Of a stretch of 64,000 bases of DNA, positions 14,424-28,283 are shown piece after piece (the stretch's first letter is position 1; the number at the start of each line of letters is the position of its first letter). Position numbers and translations under genes: made by a program. This DNA comes from Auanema rhodensis (taxonomy: Eukaryota > Animalia > Nematoda), in NCBI GenBank assembly GCA_964057225.1, contig OZ059896.1:11284001-11348000 (forward strand), written 5' to 3'. The notes beneath the pieces were generated by a model that saw nothing but the letters and a program-made list of their open reading frames with translations, was not told the DNA's origin and made no database searches.

Positions 14424-16470
14424 TATTTATATGCATTTTATATGTAATGTACTCATAATTTTTTGAGCTTCATATTTTTTTTATCTTTCTCAACATCTGC
14501 CTCAAATCTGTGATATCCCTGTTTTATGTTCGTAGGTCTCAATTTTTTGATCAACCAACAACAGCTTCCTTCTCTTTTTTGAAGGCAGCACATCATATGC
14601 TTTAACATTGATATTCTGTATTTATGCATTCTTTATTCATGTATTTTGAGCTAACTATTTACTACGAGTATTTTGTGCTGTAGTTCTCGTCTCCCAGCCA
14701 GCTAGTCTTTTTCCAAGTTCAACTTATTCTTATACTCGGTGTTTTTCCGCCTTTTTCTCTTTTCCGTCATTTTGAATGCCGTGCGCCATATATATTCGGG
14801 TGCTATTTCATATGTAAGTATATAATATTATAATGTAAAGCTTAACACAACTATTTAACTAATATTTTTAATATCATATAAATAAATCATTTTCATTCAC
14901 ATAATTTATTCTTTGATCAGCTGGAAGACCTTTCCTTTGTCCTGTTATATGCGACTACCACTTTTCTGACCTTCGTATACATTGTCAGATTATTAGACAT
15001 GAAAGGATGAAATACATGCTTTGAACTAGATGATGAACATACGTACACAATGAATGATTTTGTTAAACGTCTCAATTAATTTGTTAAACCAAATTTTTTG
15101 TTTGAATCAAAATAATTTTTTATAACCCTACGCGGTTTTTCTGGTTATGCGTCATATCATTATTAGATGATTGCTTTTAGGTAACTAAGGTATTCAGGAA
15201 AATGCCAATGCTATTTGAAAAGAAAAGAATTTAAAAGAAAATTTTAATGTTCTAGATTGTGATATCTTGTTTAACTTTGATCTGATAAAATGTTTTAATG
15301 GATGTTCCGAAATATTTCAGTTCAAGTGCTGATAATAAACAGATGTTGAACACGTTGTTGATCACTATAAGGTATATGAGTCATCTCTAATTGTTCCTCG
15401 AGATAAAGACATTTTATTTAGTTTTTTTCAATAATGCCACTAGAAACCCTCTGTAAATGTGACGTGCGACAAAAGATAGCATAGAAAGACACAGAAAACT
15501 ACAGAATGCTTTCCGAAAGTTTGTCATCCAAATTAACGATCACTATGGTCATCGTGCGTTCTTGATTTTTAGATTGCTTGGGCATTCCTAATTCTCTCTT
15601 TATCTACGCGTTAACATAGTAACAAAAAGACTAAGGTTCAGATTGTTCAAAGAACAGCATTAAAGATACAAAAAAAAAGAAAATTCACATAACATTAAGT
15701 TAGTGAACAACTTGTTATATTATACTGTAGAAACATTTCTAAATACTATAGAAAGTTTGATTTATTAAACCATTCTATAAGAAGAATTGCAAAAAGAGTA
15801 AGCTTTAAGGAATAAAAGGATTTACTTGCAAAAAAAATTTATAGCAAAATATGTACTATATCAGGTATGACGAATCAGCTTTTATTGCTGAAAAAATTAC
15901 AGTTGGAAGAAGACTGACTGATAGGGTGGTACTTTCAAATACATCAACTGCCTTCTTTCTATTTTTCATTGTTCAATTTTCAGACAATCTATCTACTACA
16001 AATCTGTTTCATCGAAAAAAAAAGAAATGGGCGGAGAGAGCGAAACTAAACAAGTGCTAGACAAAGACTAGTAAAGAAACGCATCTTTGAAGAGAAAAGA
16101 GACAGTAAAAGGTGAGCGAGTAGATAGAGGGAAACAAGCAAAAAGGTAGAAAAGTGGATTGATAGAAAAGAAAAGAATGATAGACAGGGAGAGAGAGAAT
16201 GAGAGATAAAAAACAACCTGAAACGTCATCGTCTCCCTCCCCCATCACATCACTCTGTCCACTATATCAGCATCATCCACGACATCTCTCCTCATTTGTT
16301 AGTTCGCTTCTCAACTGCCCTCTCTTCAAAAATGGAGAGTATATTCTGCTTATATTTCATATGTACCTTCACTTTTTATTATATTTTTAGAAAGATTTAC
16401 ATATTATTAATACATATTATTTAGATAAAGTCAGTAAAAGCATCAGCTTTGAATCATTAACTAAGTATCA

Positions 16471-18745
16471 ATGCGTTCTTATTCAGTTGTAACTTTCTTG
16501 CTACTCCCACTTTTTACTTTGGCCAAAGATCCAATAGATCAGGTTTGTTTTATTTTTAATTTCAGAAAAATGAGTCTTTTGCTATAATTATGAATATATC
16601 AAAAATAAATTATTATTTAAAATATAAACTTGATAACTATACTACTCTTCAACTTTAATCAAGTTAAGTTTTATCTGATTCAAATTAACCAATCATACAC
16701 GAATGCATCCCAAAACAGTTTTACTATTATATTATCAATTTACCTTTACCTAATTTCTTTTGGAAAATTTAATGTCATTAAATCCATCGAAATGCAAAAA
16801 AATCTTAAAAGTATTTTACCCACTTTACCTAATGAAGTATAAACATAGTTGTGTTATTTGAACTCTTCATACGGTTTATGATTAGTCAGAGAGAAAAGAG
16901 CGACAAAGCTTAATTAATAGATTCACGAGGTAAAACATACGTCATTTGTAAAAAAAAAGAAGAAATCATGAATACGATTGACTGAAAAACTTTTACTGTG
17001 TTGATCAGACAATACTCTTTTTTTATTTTTAAAATGTCTGTGAACCGTTCATTACGATCACGTCATTCTGGACACACCCTACGAAACATTTCAAATAGAA
17101 TTATCATAAATCAGTAATTGATTTAAGATATTTTTATAAGTTTCTAAAAAAATTACTTGAAGTATAATCAGTTTAATCAAATTATTTTAATTATTAAATT
17201 AATTTATACAAGATAATCAAATCGTCACTGCATATGTCATGAAATGAACATATTGAAATGATGAATAACCAGATAGTTCTTTTGTTGTTTTTTTTTGAAT
17301 TATGGCACTTATCAAACTTTATTTCATACTTTCCGTTAAAATAGGGTAAAAAATGAAACCTTGAAATCTGATCTTTGAACATTGAATAGTTGTACATCTG
17401 TGTTTTCAATTTTTTAAACTCCTAAAATAAATTTAATACAAATATATAGTAAAAATTGAAATTGTTCGCCTTTATTCTATTTTTGTCTCTATTAATCTTG
17501 TCCATATCTAAGAATAGAAAATTCATTTTCTTCCATAAATCGTTTATCACAATTCTACGAATATTCTAGATTTTTCTTTTTCTTCTTTTTTTTTATTTGA
17601 AAAATAAAAATACATATTGGATATACATACGTTTATATTTATGACACGAAGCCTTTTTAAAATCATTTTAACTGATTAAACATCTTCAGTACAAACTATA
17701 CTGAAGATGTTTATATCTCTTTGGTCATAAAACAGTTGAAACGAAAAAAAAAAGTGGAAATTTAAGAACAAGTTTAATTTAATTTCTTTTTTCAATTCAC
17801 GTTCTTTAAGGTAGCCAAACAAGGAGCGGAAATTATAAGTAAATCCCGGTTGACAGGTCAAACAATACGTCAATGCTCTTGTAATGAACAGAGAGAATGT
17901 GTGGAAGATATGAAACAACAAGCAAAGGATTGTGTTCCATCATGCTTTCAACGATTTGCTGCTGTAGGAGTTATTTATTGTTTGAAAATATTATATTAAT
18001 TTTTCGTTTAAGATTACTGATAGACCTGATGATTTAAGAAAATGTTTCGAACAAAAGGATGATATTGTTCAAAACTTCATGAACTGTATTGAAGAAAAAG
18101 TTGAAGGGTTTGTATAGTTTTCATAGTATTTCGTCTAACACAATACGTTAAGATGTGTGGAACATGAGCACGGTGACCAGATAGACAAAACAGATATTAC
18201 AGCTATTTTTGCCATTGGAGAAAAGAAGCTAGCACATCATTCTGCTACTATGGAGGTATACTTCAAGTAGAGTTTCAAATATATTTGAATCTTTAAGGCA
18301 ATTATTGCTCCAATTCGTAATGTAATTGATGCTGCTGGAGAGTTCGCAGTGTGTGTAAAAGATTGCTTCTTGAAAAAAAATGAAAATGGATTCTGCTTTG
18401 ATCGCAAAAAGTATGAAAAATTGAAGTAAACTGTATTCATAATTCTCATTATTTAGTTGCCAGCCATTAGTATTGGAACAAAAGGCTAAGACATCATTCA
18501 GAACTTGCACTAAAAGAGTCAACTGGAAAAGAGAAGCTGGAGAATTGTGTCAATGTTCCGTTGAAGCTGGAGTAACGTAAGTTTTTATATAGTCAGAATG
18601 CCTGAAAATTGAGAGCATTTTATTTCAATAATTAATGGAGAAAGTTTAATATTATAATATATTTCATCTTTTAAGGGTTCTTCGTCAATATTGCTCTATG
18701 TTCAGTTTAATGGGACGTCGTCGTCCACACCCGAAACGCGGATAA
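16471..18745 (+). CDS. Nematode-specific secreted Cys-rich protein (paralog A)
   Basis: Signal exon MRSYSVVTFLLLPLFTLA, 1.27-kb first intron, then RQCSCNEQRECV...CVKDCFLKKNENGFCFDRK..CQP...WKREAGELCQCSVEAGV; TAA at 18743-18745. Confidence 0.8.
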
Positions 18746-21119
18746 AAATATTAGAAAATTGGGAACCATATCATGCAGTAAGACTATCTATGTCTCTTCT
18801 GTCAACCTTTGTTTACGGCGTATGCTAAATACTTTACAATTGTCTCATGTAATAATTGAAAATTTGTATATAAATAATATAAAATTTATAATATAGTATC
18901 TCTGTAGATTGAAAATTATTAAGTTTAATAAACAAAAAATTATGTTTATGACAATTTAAGTATAATTTTCTACATTCATACTTTTTCATATTGTTCTTAG
19001 ACTTTTTTTTTATTATTTTTACAATTGTAAATACATATATATCATGATATATACATTTTTTTTTTCAAATAAAAACTTCAATTATTCCCATATTGTTAGA
19101 TAATTATATTCATATAGTCATGTGGCAGGATTTTGTTCTATAATTTGACACTTTTATAAGTTAGATGTGAAGATGTCGACGAATCAGGAAAACTAAATAG
19201 ATTTAGAGAATAATCTTAAATTAAAAATATTAAAAGGTTCAATTCAGTTTGAACATTGCTAGATATACTCCAACTATTAATTAAACTAAAATTTTACTAT
19301 TTTATGATTAATAACATAAAATTATTTTATATTTATAATATTTATAATATAATAATTTTTTATTTTATTGTTGCAAATAAAATCTATACTATATATCATA
19401 TTTGAGATTCATATTAGGCTACTTACTTATATAAATATCAAAAAATATTTTAAAAACTTGCAAGATTATATTCGAATAAAATTTCTAAGATATAATATAC
19501 TATTAATTAAAAATTTCTACTTTATTTTTATTTTACAAAAATATGGATAACTTCTAAATTGTTATAGAAAAATATTTTTCATTCCATATTACATTTATTT
19601 TATTTAAACATTTTTCATATAATAATTCATTCAATTGATTTTTCATTTTTATTTCCTTTTTTTTCTTAGTTCTATTGTATCAGTAAATTAAAGTCTCTGA
19701 CATTGTTTTAATAATCATCAACTTTTCAATTAGTTTTAGGTGTCATTGTAGCAGTTTTCGCTCTCTTATGTTGCAGACAGCGAAATTACCGTCAGATTAG
19801 ATGTAGACTTTATATACTTAAAGCATAATTCACATATTTTATCATGTATTACTGAACATCTGAGAATTATTTACTTGTTTATTAATTGATTAATTTCAAA
19901 TATTAAAACTTGATATATGGACTTTAATAGATAAAAATGAACTAAGAACCGACAATTCTGAAAGAACAAAGATTGTCGTGGTTACATCTCTTATATAAGT
20001 GATATCAACATCGCTGAGAGTCATTATACTGAAAACATTTAATATTATTCCTATATATCTATAAATTAAAACATACATTCAATTTACTATATCATTATCA
20101 ATGATTATACTTTGTAAGCCTGTTTAACTATATGTATATAATAACTATATATACAAAGGTTACACTCATTGAACTTTTCAGAAGAAAATTAACAAACTTT
20201 GTCTCCGCCCAATTTAGACGACGATCATCATGATGACAATCGTCACAAAATGAAAACCATCTTATCAGTTTCGAAATGTGGCAAAACAATTGATTTTAAC
20301 TTCTTTTATCCTTTTAATTATCGATGTTGTTTCTAATTTTTTTATTTTTTCTGTTTTAACTGTTAGAACTAATAGTATCTAGTTGAAATTATATTTGCCC
20401 AGACATACATATATAGGCATTTCTACGTTTTTTTGTTGTAAATTTTGACTTTCAAAAAACTTCATATTGATATTTTCAACCAATTGTTTGTATTCAAGTC
20501 CGTTTTACAAACTTCACAACCCTAATTGACTTCATCTCGCCTCGACCACGCTCATGATCATCTTGTTTACAAGAGAAAGTTTTTTCCTTTTTCTTATTAT
20601 TTCTCTTTGCTTCGTGTTCATTAGTTTATCTCTCGTGTTTCTTCTTCTTTCTTCCAAGTTAATGATCTGTGTATTACTGTCCTGCTTTTCACCTCTACTT
20701 CTTTCCCGTCTTGTTCACCAGCAAACGACTTCTAATAGTGTTTCTTAAAAAAGTTTGTGAAGACTTGACAGAAGAACTGATGAGAAAGATGAAGAAAAAC
20801 GAGAAACAAAGTGCATACGGTCTCACATCGGTTTTTTTTGGGGCTTCTTTCTCGTTTCTCCATCAATTTCCGTGTCATCGTTCACTCTTCAATCAATTTT
20901 TTTCATTTTATTGCTGACTTTTGATATACATATATATATAAATATAATATATATGTAATATACATAATAATAATGTAAAAAATCAATTATTTATATTAAC
21001 TATATCTATATCTATATATCTTTATATCTATATACTTATATAGAGATATTTAAAATTAAATTTCGGAGCATATTAAGAGTTCTCATGAAGATTTATTTGT
21101 TAAATCATCCTATTTAGAC

Positions 21120-24100
21120 ATGAAAGACGAAGCTCTACCGCTAGGTAGTGGCCGATTTGAAACTCGACTAGCTGTTGATCGAAGACGATTGGAATCAATG
21201 ATCACAGGTAAATATATTGATAGCCATTATTGAATATAGATTGGGATTTTTTTTTGTTTTATTAAAAGTCAGGAACAATGTTTGTGGTTTCCTGTCTTTA
21301 TATAAAAGAAATACATGTCTTACTCTTTTTATATTATCGTCATATTTGAACGTTTGTTTTCATTTTAGTTGCATGAAATTACATTTCATTATTATAATTA
21401 CTACATACTATTCATTTATTTTGCATTGTCTATTCAACAAACTATTTTTATTTTATTCCTACTGATATATAACAGGTAAGATAGACGATGAACTGATTCC
21501 GAGATGTGACAAACGATTTTGTTTTATCAATTGGTCAGAGAACGGCAATGATTCATAAAATTCTCAGTTTTTCTGGAGCTATTTACCCGAACATGATTGA
21601 TAGATCGTCCGATTGGATTCATCTCTTAATGTAGCACCCAATCATTACCGACAAACCATATCAATGCTAGCTACAAAGCGAATTTAGATGCACAAGTTCT
21701 CACATGATCTAAAATTTATTTTATAAAACAGAAATATTCTGGCCAGTTTGATATGTTTTTTTTCTATCTGAAAAGGAGAATAGATTGAGAAAAAAGATTG
21801 TTCACAGAATAGACATGCTTTAATTCTCAATAACAACAATGTTTTCAAACTTAAAAGCTTTATCTGAATATCAAAGTATTCGGATGAAAAACTTATGAAA
21901 ATTTTAAATTTTCAGGTAAACCGTCATCTGAAGATGAGTTCAGATTACCAAACGCTTCTTTGTTCTTTGATCAGGTATGATATATAATTTGATTAATTTA
22001 AAATTCATTATCATGAATTTAAAAATATAGGTAATGCAAATATCAGGTGCCACTGTAATTTGGCCAACACAGTTGAAGATAGGTGCTAAAACAAAGAGAG
22101 GTATTACATTCAATGTTTCAACATACGTATAACATATTGTTTTCAAGACCCTTTCGTTAAACTTCAAGGAACTACAGATCAAATAGAAAAAGCTAAAATG
22201 TTAATTATGTCTACACTTCATTGCAAAGTATACAAAACTAATTTTTAAATTTTAAATTTTAAATATAGAAAGAACGTGTTACTCTTAAAGTTGATATTCA
22301 TCATTCATATCATTCACATATTATTGGAAAAGGAGGACGAGTAATACAACAGGTTTCTAACAGTCATATGAATTATATAAGAAAAAATATAGATTATGCG
22401 TAACACAAAATGTCATATCCATTTCCCGGATTCTAATAAATTCAGGTTCAAAAGCTTATTTATAAGACGGAATTTTTTATTTAAAGTGTTGCAGTGCTTA
22501 TCCTAATCGAAGTGATCAGGTTTCAATATCTGGAGGACCCCATGACGTAATTAATGCTCTTCGATTGCTTCGGGTTTGATTGAAAATGTTTCATTAAACA
22601 AACCCAACTGTGATATTCAGACTATATCACCTGTTGTCCTGACTACAGAATTACCGTGGGTGTGCCCAGGAACTCCTGAAAGCTTAGGCTTTCCCGACAA
22701 CTTTTCTTTCCAAAGAATCTCTTCTTCTATCTATTTATGTATTATACGGGGAAATACTGGAGATGAAGCAGCTCTTCAACATTCAGTTCAAATTCTTCTT
22801 CAACATTTCTCAATTCCGGTACTCAATCGTTTTTTCTATAAATTTTATATTTTATTGTGTGATTTAGAATGGATTTCCTGTGTCATTCAAAACTTCTGTA
22901 CCTCTCAAAGATGATGTAATAACTATGATGAAATCTATTGAACATTATAAACGGTAAACCGATTCTAACAAAACCATCCTCAATTCATTGATTTCAGTTT
23001 CGAAAAAGTAATGGAAGATAAAAAAGTTACAATGAGCATTCATAATGCTTTAGCTCATATTGCTGGATCATATGAGTCTGTTCTATATTTCAGAAAATTT
23101 TTGATTGTAAATATATTTTGATTTAATATTTTTTATAATTATCTTTCAGGGCTATTCGCCTACTTGTTTGGCGTTCGATGTTCCCTTAGCCTTGACTTCA
23201 AATATTGCTTTAGTTGAAAAAAAATTTGATGTATTGATTACTACAAAAAAACGATCAAATCAACCAGGAGCTATTGTAATTCATAATCAACATATTATAA
23301 AAGTTTAAAAACTTTTTCAGTCCATAATGATGAAGACAGCAGAAGCTTTAATTCCTACTATGTTCAAAGCTCGACAAGTTCTACTTGGAAACGAAAACAA
23401 CGACGAATATTATGGAGAAAATGACTTCAGTTTAGCATTTGGTATCAAACTCAGAACTATGATTACTGATCACTGATTTTCAGATGATTACTTTTCAGGC
23501 TCGGATAATTCAGATATCTTACCGTTATCGTCATTATCATCTTTGAGATTTTCCATGAGCTGTATAGGAGACACCTCCAAAAGTCCTGACCCAGATAACT
23601 CTCCATTAGCAGCATCCATTCTCAAAGGAGTTAAAAACATTGAGAGCAAATCGTACTTGTTCGTAATCAGAAAAATAGAAAAACGATAGTATTTAAGGGA
23701 TCACTGGATGAAGAGAACGCCAACAACAAGAGAAGAGATGCTTGTGAAAGCTGCCCAAGGTATTATATATTCTGTCACGTAGGAAATTAATGTATCCAAC
23801 TTTTTGCAGCTTTGTTCGATGAGCCAAGTGGTGATCGATATCCTACCGATCACTGGGCTGGATATGGGTTTAGTTGTTCTTTACCTGCAGAACTATTGAA
23901 GGTATAATGAAATGATTGAAATCGACTGACATGTTTCCTTCAATCATATCAAATTGCAGAATTACATGGAAATTGACGATAAAAAACTGGATACGGAAAA
24001 ACCATCAATTCATAGTCGAGAAAACAAGGTACTATTAGCCTGTATCATTAGTCACATTACGATAATCATAATACACAGATATCAAATCGAGGATTATGTT

Positions 24101-25076
24101 CCGTTCGTGAAGAAGATGAGCTTTCCGATTTTTCCGGATCATTCAGTAGTACGTCTATCAATTCTGGTCAACGCCATTTTGACAGTAGAGATCTTCGAAA
24201 AGGTAACAACTACTTTATAGAAAATTAGAAATAGTTTATGCTACTTGAATATCTAATGTGTGAATTCTTTCTAAATAGAATAGAGGTTGCTATTATGCTC
24301 AACGCTTCCAATATTTCAATCTTCAAATTCATTTTTTCCGATAGTATTAGATAAATATGCTCAATAGCTTTTAAGGAATCTTCTCGGCGTCTACCTCAAT
24401 ATTTGATGTTCCACCACCTTTGATTGGTGACTTCAGTTGGGATATTAGGATCGTAACTGATCCTGCAATGGTACTCGCTCAACTTGGGTGCAGTGAATAT
24501 TTGGCTCAAATGAGAGAGCAAGAGGTTCGGACTACTGCTTGTCCTGTTGTCATATACTATACCAAATATACTTTTGCTAAACTTCGTCTGCTGATATACT
24601 TTTTTTTTGCTCACAAACTCACTACCTCAGCTTTACTCATGTATATAGACACTTCAGAGCTGCATACATATATCATGTATATGGAATATTATCAAACATG
24701 ATGTTAACAAAGATAAATTAACAGTAGTATTTTATTGTGAAATTACTGTTATCTAATAAAATTAGCTCAATTTAACGCTGTGTATGAACTAATATATGTG
24801 TCACATGTCAATTAATATTAGAAACAGAACTAACTCGGGACTAAGATAAACAAATCCAACTGTATCCTGTTAAATCTTGATTCAAATTCAGATTGATATG
24901 CACGCATTTCTACTCCTTGATGAACAAAGTCTCAAAGATGTTGGAGTATCTACTATTGGGGCTCGGAAAAAAATTCATCATGCCATAATAAGTAAGCAAT
25001 GATTTTGTTCTCTATGTACATATTTACTTTATTAGAATTACGTGATTCTGCTCGTCAGCATGGTATTGCAGTTTGA
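21120..25076 (+). CDS. bcc-1: Bicaudal-C RNA-binding protein (KH domains plus C-terminal SAM)
   Basis: ETRLAVDRRRLESMITG, WPTQLKIGAKTKRDPFVK, KH motif HSHIIGKGG, CHIHFPDSN, SAM LAQLGCSEY...EQEIDMHAFLLLDEQSLKDVGVSTIGARKKI. Confidence 0.92.
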
Positions 25077-25656
25077 ATTGTACATTACACCTATTTAGAA
25101 AAATGCATTATATTATTTAATCATATCAAAATCATACTCTGGTTTGCCATGACAGCGAACGAGTGCTTTCCATTAAAGCACATAAATAAAATTTTTCTAA
25201 CTTAATACATAAAAATGAAACAATTTGCATTAGTTATCAATTTCATCTAATTGATATTGACATAATCCCTTATGTAGACATTGGAATACAAAAGGTAGAA
25301 ATAAGCGCTACTATTTAGTCGACAACTCATTAAACAATTTTTTTCCGATTAGAAACAATTCGTCAATTTAATGGCATAAAATCTGAGATTTGGACAGAAG
25401 TAGGCACGAAACACCACGATTACAGTCATGAAGTGAATCAATAAAGCTTCTAAAACATTGAGATCAGCTGCATTTTCATCGCAATGATTTCGCTTGCAAG
25501 GTAAATATTAGAAAATCATATAAGATAGTGAAAAACAATGCTCGACTTTTATTCAGAACTAATCTTTAATATTCATAATCTGTACAAACAAAGGTCATCA
25601 TGATGGATGACGAAAATATTATTACAAATTAATTAAAACATCGAAGTTATAGCAAA

Positions 25657-25962
25657 TCAATCTTTTCTTTTTATTTTAAGACTACTCGCACTAACAACAC
25701 TGCCCTTTTCAATCTGGCGTAATTGTCGTTCGGCTCTACGTAAAATATATTCAATTTGTAGAAAGTCGGTAGGCTATAAAAGAAAATTATTTTCACAGAT
25801 AATTCTTTTAAAAATTCGTGCCTGATATTTTTTTGCACCAGCTCTGAATTCTTTCTGAATTTGCAATTTAATAGAAGGATCTAGACTTCGAGATGCTCGT
25901 AAAAAATTGGCATAAGTAGATAAAACTAAACGTTGGAGATTAGAATGAACTTTACTAGACAT
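25657..25962 (-). CDS. SDHAF1: Succinate dehydrogenase assembly factor 1 (LYR-motif family)
   Basis: Two exons: MSSKVHSNLQRLVLSTYANFLRA...KEFR / PTDFLQIEYILRRAERQL, matching the SDHAF1 pattern HSxLQxxVLSLY...EFR...IEYLxRRGxRQL. GC-AG intron 25774-25821. Confidence 0.85.
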
Positions 25963-26253
25963 ATATGTTCTTGATTGTTCTGTAAACAAATTAAAAGTTG
26001 ATATGACTGATAAACATATTGCAAAAGTAAAAATACAAATGGTCAGAAGTAATGATAACATTCAAATATAAACTCGAGCATTAGGCATGTTGCCAGTTGA
26101 TGATAATCAAGGTGAACAAGTTTGATCATAGATCTACGAGCTATTGCGTATACCATTAGTTACACGCAATTGATAATTAAGTCAATTATTACCTAGGTGA
26201 ACTGCAAAGAAAAGAGAGAATTTTTAATAATGTTTCATAGTATAGAACAAGAA

Positions 26254-28283
26254 TATGGAATCTGAAATTACTAAACTTAAAAGTACGAAACCTGTTGCTG
26301 TTTTGACATTGATGGATGAATCTAATGTAAGTTAAATATAGAATATCATGTACATATATAACTAATTAATTTGTTTTCTTGAGATTATACAAGATCTCCT
26401 ATCAGAATTATTGGATGAAATATCGTATGATAACGAAAACGTAATTTATTCATTGTTTGTTTTATATTTATTTATCAAATTATAGAATGCATTTGATATT
26501 TATACCATTCGTCAAACTAAATCCATATGTTCAATAGCTTCATCAGATGCTGGTAGATATGTTCGAATAAAATCCTAACCAATTGAAAATATTTAGGAGA
26601 TTTGTCTGCTTTTAGTGATGATGAATCAATAAGTCTAGAACCTATTCAATCGGATTCTGATTCAGAAGTAGAATTCGAAAGGTATTTCTCCTTTTCACTC
26701 GGAACTCAAAGCACTTTTGTGTTTTAGATATTTGCAACAAACAACTAAATGGAAGAAAAAGATTTTCATACAAGAACATTCTAGTCATTTGGAGACAAAA
26801 CGATTTAAACCTCAACGGATAAAAGATGACCAGTAATATCACTTCTTCTTTTTTTGTTAATTTTCAATTTAGAATTGATGATGAATATGATGCTCTACCA
26901 GGTTTTTCTTCATTAAATATTGATGACAAGAAAGAATTTTCTATTACTAAGTTTGGAATTATTAAAAATATAGTTGGTTGTATAGGTAATTTAAAGCTTT
27001 TAATATCTTTTAAAAACTTTTCTCTTAAGCTGTTATTAGCCCAGAAATTGAAACCACATTAGATCTAGAAACTGCCATTTTTGACGAGGTATTGATGTTA
27101 AATAGTAAATATGAAGGAGCTAGTATTTATAAATTTTAGAATAAAGTTGCTATCGGTCAAGTAGCTGATGTTATTGGTACTGTTAAAGAACCTTTGTATT
27201 GTATGAAACTACCTGAAGTGAGTTATACGATTGGTTAAGCAATTCCAAATTTAAAAATTTTAGAATCCACTCAATGTGGGACAGCATGTATACTACGCTC
27301 CGATGGAAGAAAGTTTAACTAAAACAATACTTGGTGCAAATCTTGAGGCGTAAGTTGAATCAAACATGTCTTGAAAGATATAAAGCATTATAGTCCATGG
27401 CAAGCCAATCAAATATCGAATGATGAAGAAGAAGTATTGTTTAGTGATGATGAAGAAGAAAAAGCTTATCGACAAAAAACTAAATCCAAGCTCAATTCAA
27501 GTTCGTTTAACATATATTTTAAAGATTTCAATTAATAATTATTGTAGATAAACCGCGAGGAAGAAAACGGGGTAACGTTCAATTTAATTTAACAGGAGAA
27601 CAACAAGAAAAAGTAACTAATAATTGGAATTGGAATCAATCAACTCGTAAAACATATAAACAATATGAATATCCACAAGATATTGAAGATGAGAAGCCTA
27701 AGTAGATACAACTTCCTTTTTTTCAAATTTTCACTTTTTCTTTTTAGTTTATCAGGCATTCCTCCTGCTCATAATCGTAATGCTTCTGCGCCGAATACCA
27801 CAACAAAACCTAGGTTTTCCTATCTTAAACAGGTAAGAAAAGAAGAAAAATCATTAAGAGCTTTAACATTTCAGAATCGTAAACCCAATAATACTGTTGT
27901 GCCTAACAATCCTTATCCTGAATTGGGATGTTATGATGAATTTCTTAAATAATTTACATCATGATATCTGTTGTTAATTGTTTTTTGTTATATCTTGTTA
28001 CAAGAAAGATTATTATGTTGTAATCTGATTTATAAATTTTTAAATGAAAAGTTGACTCATTCTATTTGATTTTTTTCCCGAACTTCTCACATCATTAAAA
28101 TTATATTGATGAATCACCTAGCAAATTTGGATCAGTTGGCACGCCTGAATAAATAACTCTGGGTCCCTTTAAAAGCAACCAATACCATATTACATATCAG
28201 TTTGGGAAGTCACAAAAATTTGCTCTTAAATTCTTCGTGGAACCCAATTTTCAAAATGAGATTCATTGTTTTAACCTGTTTCG
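26254..28283 (+). repeat. Left arm of a 2,030-bp inverted segmental duplication
   Basis: Reverse complement of 37105-39134; matched coordinates always sum to 65388 (no indels seen). Two substitutions seen: 26260/39128 and 27124/38264. Confidence 0.97.
26255..27952 (+). CDS. NAF1: H/ACA RNP assembly factor NAF1, copy 1
   Basis: Acidic N-terminus; Gar1/Naf1 domain (EYDALP..FGIIKNIVG..LDLETAIF..IGQVADVIGTVKEPLY..VYYAP); FSDDEEEKAY motif; TAA at 27950-27952. Confidence 0.85.

Noticed and set aside
16010-16215. Long purine-rich (GA) tract; similar pyrimidine tract near 20560-20720
   Set aside because: Low-complexity strand bias common near nematode promoters; the ORFs across them are compositional artefacts.
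19660-19830. Exon-like VIVAVFALLCCRQRNYRQIR segment
   Set aside because: No frame-consistent upstream exons or start found.
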